From NCBI GenBank assembly GCA_037443035.1, contig JBBIPC010000013.1:1-64000 (forward strand): 64,000 nt of DNA, read 5' to 3'. Source of the DNA: Chthonomonadales bacterium. GTDB taxonomy: Bacteria; Armatimonadota; Chthonomonadetes; Chthonomonadales; CAJBBX01. The position numbers and the translations under genes were made by a program. The notes beneath the pieces are model-generated. The model made no database searches and was not told the origin of the DNA. It saw only the letters and a program-made list of their open reading frames with translations. Shown in pieces: positions 58,164 through 64,000 of the stretch (the first letter of the stretch is position 1; each line of letters opens with the position of its first letter).

Positions 58164-58255
58164 AGGATTCACCTCCTCGAGTATAGCGTCTCCATTATAC
58201 CGGCACTCGGGGGCCAGTCCTTGGCGGCCGCTGACGCAGACGACGCATGACTGCG

Positions 58256-61042
58256 CTACGGCGTCGTAGGTCGAACGACTTTCACCTTGATGATGGCCGG
58301 TTCGCTGGAGCGGACGCCATCGAGCACCCAGAGCTTGTATTCCAGTTCTCCGGGCTCCTTCGGAGCGGTGAGCTTCAGCGTCGGCCCCTGCGAGAGGGTA
58401 CCCATGAGCCATCCCACGCTCACGTTCCACCGATAGAGAAGTGGCTGTCCCTCGGGGTCGTAGCTCTTGGAGCCGTCAATGGTGTACTCCTCGCCGCAGC
58501 GCACGATCAACTCTTTGGGTGCGACCGCCACTGGTGCCTTGTTGATCTTCCGAATCGCTTCGGGAACAGGCTTCCTCACGATCGGTGTCGGCTCGTCCGA
58601 CGGCGGAAGACTGGTCCGTACGGTGTAGATGCCACAGACCCTCTGGCCTGACAGGAACGCAGTGTTGAACTGCGTGAGGTCCATGAACCGCCACTCGCTG
58701 CGTTTCCCTGAGACGATCCGCAGAAGCAGTAGCCCCTGCACCTCCCAGACGTTCGGCGTGAAAGCTGTTTCCTTAGCCACGGTCCCGAAGGGATTCCAGA
58801 CCGGCTTGGAACCGTCCACCACGTCCGTGTCTGGATCGTCCCAGTCCTCGTCCGTATCCGTCGGAAACACGAATCGTCCTTCTTCGTCCGTCTGTCCCAC
58901 GAACTTGGGCCGGTCAGCGAAGAACTTGGCACCACTGTCCTGAACAGGTGCCTGCGTAACATGATAGACGTACACGGCTGCGTTCTTCAGAGGTCGGTCC
59001 ATGGCGTCCGTGATGACAAGCCAGTTGGCCCTCACCGGTATGAGGCGCCCCTGCGTCCCCCAGAAGCGGTCCCGGCGGTACCCTTTGAAAAACATAATAT
59101 GCCCCGCCTGCGAAGGCTCTAGCCAGAGTTGGCAGCCGTCCATGAGCGAAGGATAACCCACGTAGCACGGCACGTTCACGCCGGGCGACGCTGGAAGGAT
59201 ATCGTTCCCGAGTACCACGGGCAACTCGGGAGAACCGGCCACCGGCTTGCCGTCCTCATATGTTATCAGCACGTTGTGTGCGCTCACCGGGTAGCCGTAC
59301 AGGTCCGGTTGGCTGAGGATGGTATGGCCGAACTCATGGATAATGGCGCAGTCAATGGCCATCATGTCCACAGGCTCGTTGACCGGGAAACCGCCGTCGA
59401 AGTAGACCTCCTGCTTCCGATAGGGCTCGTTGTCCCAGTCCTTGCCTTCGTGTTCATAGGCAGTGAACGCGTCGATCCGATACGCTTCCTCCACGCCGTT
59501 CGGACCGGTCGTGGGATAGACCGCTTGGCGCAGCATCCAATCCATGCGCAGCTTCTCGGCACGTAGCCAGTCGTAATAGCTGAACGAGCCGACGTGGTTG
59601 ATCTTTCGATCGGCGAGACACGACGCGAGCACCTTCGGGTCCAAGCCGAATTGGACGGGGCGGGCGTCGCACAGTTCTGCGATGGTGTTGTTCGCCTCGC
59701 ATATCTCCGCCACACGGTTGGCTGGGTCCAGCTCCAACTTCATCCAGGTGGGCTTCTCCGGAAACGGGAATCGAAACTCCACCGACGTTTCCTCGCCAGG
59801 CTCCAGGCTCCGTTCGAGGGTCGCTGTCATCGTCTGTATCGCCTTCTCCGAGGGATCCAGCCGGTAGTTTCGTATGCTGTCCGGGAGGAGCGAAAACCGA
59901 ATGACGCTCCCTGGTCCAAGCCTCGCGGGCCCGAAGTTCCCCAGTCTCACGCGAGCCGTTGTCGGTTCGCCGGCAGCGGGACGGTCCTTGAGAGCGTCGT
60001 TCCGATAGCGAGGGTGCAGCTCGATGCAGATAACGCCGAGATCCGGTCGTTCCTGGGGCACAACCTCCAGCCGATACGTGGCGTCCATGCCGCGAAATGC
60101 CGCCTTCAATGTGCACATACCTGGTTGGAGAGCCTTGACTCTGCCGTTGGCGTCCACCGTCGCGATGCTGGGATCACTGGTCGTCCAGCGGATCAGCGGC
60201 TTGGCGTCGAAGTAGGCCCACTGACTGTACCGGACCACGTTCTCCACCATCGGCTCCCACCTGCCATCTTGCCGCCCCAACAGACCGAACTGCTTCTCGC
60301 AACCCGCGACAGCCCGCCTGTCGGAGGGCGTACGCGTGGGTTCCGGATCCACGCGAATGGCAGTATAGGGAGCCGTTCGGAAATAGTCGCGGTAGACACA
60401 GGCCACCATCCCTACCCGCCCCTCGGCGTTGATGTCAGGACGCACGATCAACTCGTCGAATGCGGCGTCGCACGTAGCGTCGCCCAGCGTCAGTGCAGCA
60501 GGCATGGCGCCGGCATCGAAGACCCCATACGGCGTTACAGGACCGTCCTTGGCCCATCGGTCAATCCACAGCGCCAGTCCGACATTGCGTCCGCCGTGGC
60601 TCTTCCAGCCGACTGCCACATGGTGCCACTGCCGTGGCTGCCAGTCGGCCACATCGGCACGCGCCACGGTCATACTGTGAGGTGTCGTCAGCTCCGCCCG
60701 CAAGAGGCCGTTGGGGGCCTTCTCCAGCGTCAATTGCCGACCACCAGCGCTCTCCGTGGACCAGAACCGATGACGCCTCCCATCATCCCCGCGCCAGTTC
60801 GGCCGCACCCATATCTCGATCAATCCCTCGACCGGGTTCAGCTTCAGGCCGCTGATCCGCACAGGTCCGCGCGGCTCGATCCCGCGGCCGTACGTCCCCG
60901 CGCCAACGGGCCAGCTCTCCAGGACAAGCTGGTTGACCTCGGGAGCGGGTGTGGCGTCGGTGAATGGCGCCTTCTGCACGGCATAGGCTGAGCTACGCTG
61001 GAGCACGCAGAGAAGCATGCACGCAATTGCCGATTGGAGCAT
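58256..61042 (-). CDS. Secreted multidomain putative metalloprotease (LamG-like, Ig-like, CARDB-like, HExxH, PKD-like)
   Basis: WHHVAVGW; WTTSDPSIATVDANGRV; LDPANRVAEICEANN; HEFGHTILSQPDLY; NKAPVAVA...DGSKSYDPEG. Confidence 0.7.
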   Translation of the reverse strand: MLQSAIACMLLCVLQRSSAYAVQKAPFTDATPAPEVNQLVLESWPVGAGTYGRGIEPRGPVRISGLKLNPVEGLIEIWVRPNWRGDDGRRHRFWSTESAGGRQLTLEKAPNGLLRAELTTPHSMTVARADVADWQPRQWHHVAVGWKSHGGRNVGLALWIDRWAKDGPVTPYGVFDAGAMPAALTLGDATCDAAFDELIVRPDINAEGRVGMVACVYRDYFRTAPYTAIRVDPEPTRTPSDRRAVAGCEKQFGLLGRQDGRWEPMVENVVRYSQWAYFDAKPLIRWTTSDPSIATVDANGRVKALQPGMCTLKAAFRGMDATYRLEVVPQERPDLGVICIELHPRYRNDALKDRPAAGEPTTARVRLGNFGPARLGPGSVIRFSLLPDSIRNYRLDPSEKAIQTMTATLERSLEPGEETSVEFRFPFPEKPTWMKLELDPANRVAEICEANNTIAELCDARPVQFGLDPKVLASCLADRKINHVGSFSYYDWLRAEKLRMDWMLRQAVYPTTGPNGVEEAYRIDAFTAYEHEGKDWDNEPYRKQEVYFDGGFPVNEPVDMMAIDCAIIHEFGHTILSQPDLYGYPVSAHNVLITYEDGKPVAGSPELPVVLGNDILPASPGVNVPCYVGYPSLMDGCQLWLEPSQAGHIMFFKGYRRDRFWGTQGRLIPVRANWLVITDAMDRPLKNAAVYVYHVTQAPVQDSGAKFFADRPKFVGQTDEEGRFVFPTDTDEDWDDPDTDVVDGSKPVWNPFGTVAKETAFTPNVWEVQGLLLLRIVSGKRSEWRFMDLTQFNTAFLSGQRVCGIYTVRTSLPPSDEPTPIVRKPVPEAIRKINKAPVAVAPKELIVRCGEEYTIDGSKSYDPEGQPLLYRWNVSVGWLMGTLSQGPTLKLTAPKEPGELEYKLWVLDGVRSSEPAIIKVKVVRPTTP

Positions 61043-61130
61043 GGCGGTGTCCTCCCTTCCCCATGCTTATTCCCAGGCAGTACCGCGTGCTCCTGCTGTT
61101 CTTGCACTTGAACGCGAAGGCTCGTCGAGG

Positions 61131-64000
61131 TCAACGCCACGTGAAGTGGTAACTGCCCGATTCCACGTGCACAAGGAGCGAGTCGTCTCGGGGTCCGATC
61201 AGGTTCACGCACGGCGCGTCCGCCACAGGACGGCCACCTTCGAGGACCGTCTTGCCATGCGCGCCTGGGAGTGTCACGTCAGCGCTGCAGTTTGGGGGGA
61301 CGCTGATGTCAAGAGCGAACGCTCCCGGTCCGGCCTTCCAGGCAACTTCGATCGGCCCGTGAATCGAACGATAGGAGCCCTTTGCCCAACCGAGACCACC
61401 ACCTGGGATGGGTGCAATGCGGAACCGTTGCCATGCCGTCTGGGCCGTCGCTTCGGGACCATCGCCGGGTTCCAGACCGATGATGGTCCGCATCATCCAC
61501 TCTCCCACGGCTCCCAGCGCCCAGTGGTTGAACGAGTTCATGCCGGGGTTCTGGAAACCGCGACCCTTGACGTACCCATCCCATCGTTCCCAAATAGTGG
61601 TGGCGCCGTTGTCAATGCTGTAGAGCCAGCTTGGGAACGTGCGGTTCAGCAGCAGGCGGTAGGCGACGTCGCTGCGACCTGCTCGGCTCAGCTCCAGCAT
61701 CATGCGGTGTGTGGACTGGATGCCTGTAGAGATGTGCCCACCGTACGCCTCGATACCTGCTAGCATGTGTTCGACAGCCCTGGACCGGAGGTCTGGTGGT
61801 AGGAGATCGAAGTGGAGGGCCAGTGCGTAGCCGGCTTGCGTGTTGCCGAGGATGGTGCCATCGGCTTGGACGAACTCTCGGTTGAACGCCTGTCGGATAC
61901 CCTCGTGCAGTTGCTCCAGCCTTTCGGCATCCTCGTCCTTGCCCAGCACGCGGGCCATGCGAGCCGTCAGACGCGTGGAGTTAGCCCAGAACGCCGTGGC
62001 GAATACCTCGCGAGGCACCTCCGCGCCCTTCGTGGGCCACCCTTCGGCGATGAGCGTATCTCCATTCAGCCAATCGTTGTAGTCGTTGCCTCGGTCGTTC
62101 CGCCATGTGAGGTCAGGGTTGTGCTCATGAATGAAGCGAATCCAGCGCAACATTGAGTCGTAATGCTTCTCGAGAACGCGGCGATCGCCGTAGTTCGCGT
62201 AGACCAGCCACGGTATCACTACCCCCGCGTCTCCCCACGCAGGAGTGCCCGAAAACCGTTTGTTGGAGTCGCCAGGGTTCGGGGCGAAATCTGGATAACG
62301 ACCATCCTCGGCCTGCGCGTCCCTCACATCCTGCAGCCACTTCGTGAAGAAGCCGGCCATATCCATGTTGAAGCACGCCGTCTGCCCGAAAGCCTGGATG
62401 TCGCCCATCCAGCCCAGCCGCTCGTCCCGCTGGGGGCAATCCGTCGGTGTGCTCATGAGGTTCGCTCGCTGCGTCCAGAGAATGTTCCGCCATAGACGGT
62501 TCAGGCTAGGATCCGAGCACTCGAACGATCCAACCTCCGGCGCCGATGAGTGAAACACCTGGCCCGTCAAGTCTTCCAGCTTCGGCCTCAACGGTAGCCC
62601 CGTAACTTCCACATAACGGAAACCGTGGTAGGTGAAGTGAGGTTCGAAGACCTCCGTACCGTCGCCCCGGCACGTGTACCAGTCGCCCTGGGCAGCCCCT
62701 CGCAGGTTCTCCGTATAGAGTGTGCCGTCCTCATTGAGCATCTCGGCATGGCGCAGTCGCACCACCGTACCGGCTGGCGCACGCAGCCTGAACCTCACCC
62801 AGCCCACCATGTTCTGGCCGAGATCGTAGATGAAAACCCCGGGTTTCGGCTCCGTGAGACCTGTTGGCTTCAGCTCACGGGTCACTCGTATGGGCTCGTT
62901 GGGCTGGGCGACCAGGCGAATACCAGGATGCACGTAGGTCGCGGCTTGGGTCCATTGTCCGTCATCGAAACCGGCAGCATCCCATCCCGAGAACTCCATT
63001 CGCGCATCGTACACCTCGCCGTCGAGGATATCGCTGATACGGATGGGACCCGACGTCGAGACGCGCCATGCGCCATCGGTCATCAGTACGGGCTTCGGGT
63101 CATCGTCGGCATGGAGCTGGGCAAGGAACTCAGGCCGCCGACCGTAGTGGCCGCGCCCAGGGAACAACCCGATACGACCGGCATACCAGCCATCTCCGAC
63201 TACTGCCGTGATGACATTGCGACCTGCCTCGAGCAGGCTGGTCACGTCGTAGCCCTGGTACTGCACACGCATGCCATAATCGGTCCATTCCGGTGCCAGG
63301 ATGTGGTCCCCGACCCGCTTGCCGTTGATCCGCACCTCGTACACACCGAGCGCCGACGCGAACAGTGTCATGCGTGACGGCACCTTCGAGAGCGTGAACT
63401 CCCGCCGTAGGTAGATTGGCGGAAGCGGCTCGACTCCTTCGGCTGGATGAGACTGCCGGTCGCCGTCCGTCAGGTTCGCGGCCGCCCACGGGCCGGTCTC
63501 GATGCTGTCGAGCGCCGTCACCCGCGCGCCTGCTGTGATGACTTCGTCTCCGTGGAGCCCCTCCATTTCCGCCAACGCCATACCGAACCGGCCACGGTCC
63601 CTCTCCCGAAGAGCCGTGACCACAAGACGAAGCCGCTGTACGGTGGCCGGAGGGAAGCGAACGGTGAGGGGACCGGCTGCTGGCGCAGCACAGTCCGCTG
63701 CAGTCCTATCCACGAGCACGTGGAATGGGCCTTCCCCGGAATTCGCCCCCTCGATCCGAAACCGAAGCGGAAACAGGAATCCCGGGGTATCGGGCTGCCA
63801 ATCGTAGGGTCGAGCCGGCCAGAGCCTCACGCCGTCCATGGTGGCTGGCGCATCCAGCTCGATCTGAACCCACTTCTCCTGCTCCGGCCGATTAGCCAGC
63901 TCAGTATGGTATCCGTTCCGCGCCGGTCGTGCCTCCGGATAGTGCTGGGGGTCCCCTATCCACTGCGCCGACCATACTCCGACAGGTCCGCAGGTCCAAT
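61131..64000 (-). CDS. GH78 alpha-L-rhamnosidase, 5' end outside the window
   Basis: LAPEWTDY, DLGQNMVG, FTYHGFRY, PTDCPQRDERLGWMGD, GATTIWERW, MNSFNH. Frame stays open upstream of 63839 (...WSAQWIG...) to the window edge. Confidence 0.93.
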   Translation of the reverse strand, partial: WTCGPVGVWSAQWIGDPQHYPEARPARNGYHTELANRPEQEKWVQIELDAPATMDGVRLWPARPYDWQPDTPGFLFPLRFRIEGANSGEGPFHVLVDRTAADCAAPAAGPLTVRFPPATVQRLRLVVTALRERDRGRFGMALAEMEGLHGDEVITAGARVTALDSIETGPWAAANLTDGDRQSHPAEGVEPLPPIYLRREFTLSKVPSRMTLFASALGVYEVRINGKRVGDHILAPEWTDYGMRVQYQGYDVTSLLEAGRNVITAVVGDGWYAGRIGLFPGRGHYGRRPEFLAQLHADDDPKPVLMTDGAWRVSTSGPIRISDILDGEVYDARMEFSGWDAAGFDDGQWTQAATYVHPGIRLVAQPNEPIRVTRELKPTGLTEPKPGVFIYDLGQNMVGWVRFRLRAPAGTVVRLRHAEMLNEDGTLYTENLRGAAQGDWYTCRGDGTEVFEPHFTYHGFRYVEVTGLPLRPKLEDLTGQVFHSSAPEVGSFECSDPSLNRLWRNILWTQRANLMSTPTDCPQRDERLGWMGDIQAFGQTACFNMDMAGFFTKWLQDVRDAQAEDGRYPDFAPNPGDSNKRFSGTPAWGDAGVVIPWLVYANYGDRRVLEKHYDSMLRWIRFIHEHNPDLTWRNDRGNDYNDWLNGDTLIAEGWPTKGAEVPREVFATAFWANSTRLTARMARVLGKDEDAERLEQLHEGIRQAFNREFVQADGTILGNTQAGYALALHFDLLPPDLRSRAVEHMLAGIEAYGGHISTGIQSTHRMMLELSRAGRSDVAYRLLLNRTFPSWLYSIDNGATTIWERWDGYVKGRGFQNPGMNSFNHWALGAVGEWMMRTIIGLEPGDGPEATAQTAWQRFRIAPIPGGGLGWAKGSYRSIHGPIEVAWKAGPGAFALDISVPPNCSADVTLPGAHGKTVLEGGRPVADAPCVNLIGPRDDSLLVHVESGSYHFTWR

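Overview
GC-rich bacterial chromosomal window with about 50 CDSs and no recognisable rRNA, tRNA, CRISPR array, integrase or transposase. A prepilin/H-X9-DG (DUF1559-type) protein, a PEP-CTERM protein, a DUF6785/6784-like membrane protein and many large secreted CAZyme-like proteins suggest Armatimonadota or a similar lineage (inference). Housekeeping genes (bcp, rluB, comF, atpG, nusB, folD, atpD, atpC, hisG, ruvA, serC, recR, gmhA, gmhB) are scattered among carbohydrate enzymes (GH36, GH127, GH78, beta-helix protein, esterase, FGGY kinase). Notable observations: a small-ORF plus ClpP-fold protease pair whose protease has an in-frame TAG; a HypD-type glycyl radical enzyme with no adjacent activase, followed by sugar kinase and SIS genes; two REP-like palindromic repeat families; a split ATP synthase operon; a double-length NusB; an internally deleted 5'-nucleotidase; a HepT toxin with the catalytic His replaced by Arg; and apparent leaderless promoters. 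I could not establish a clearly new biological system; the best candidates are listed as findings. Family calls come from motif recognition by eye, not database searches.
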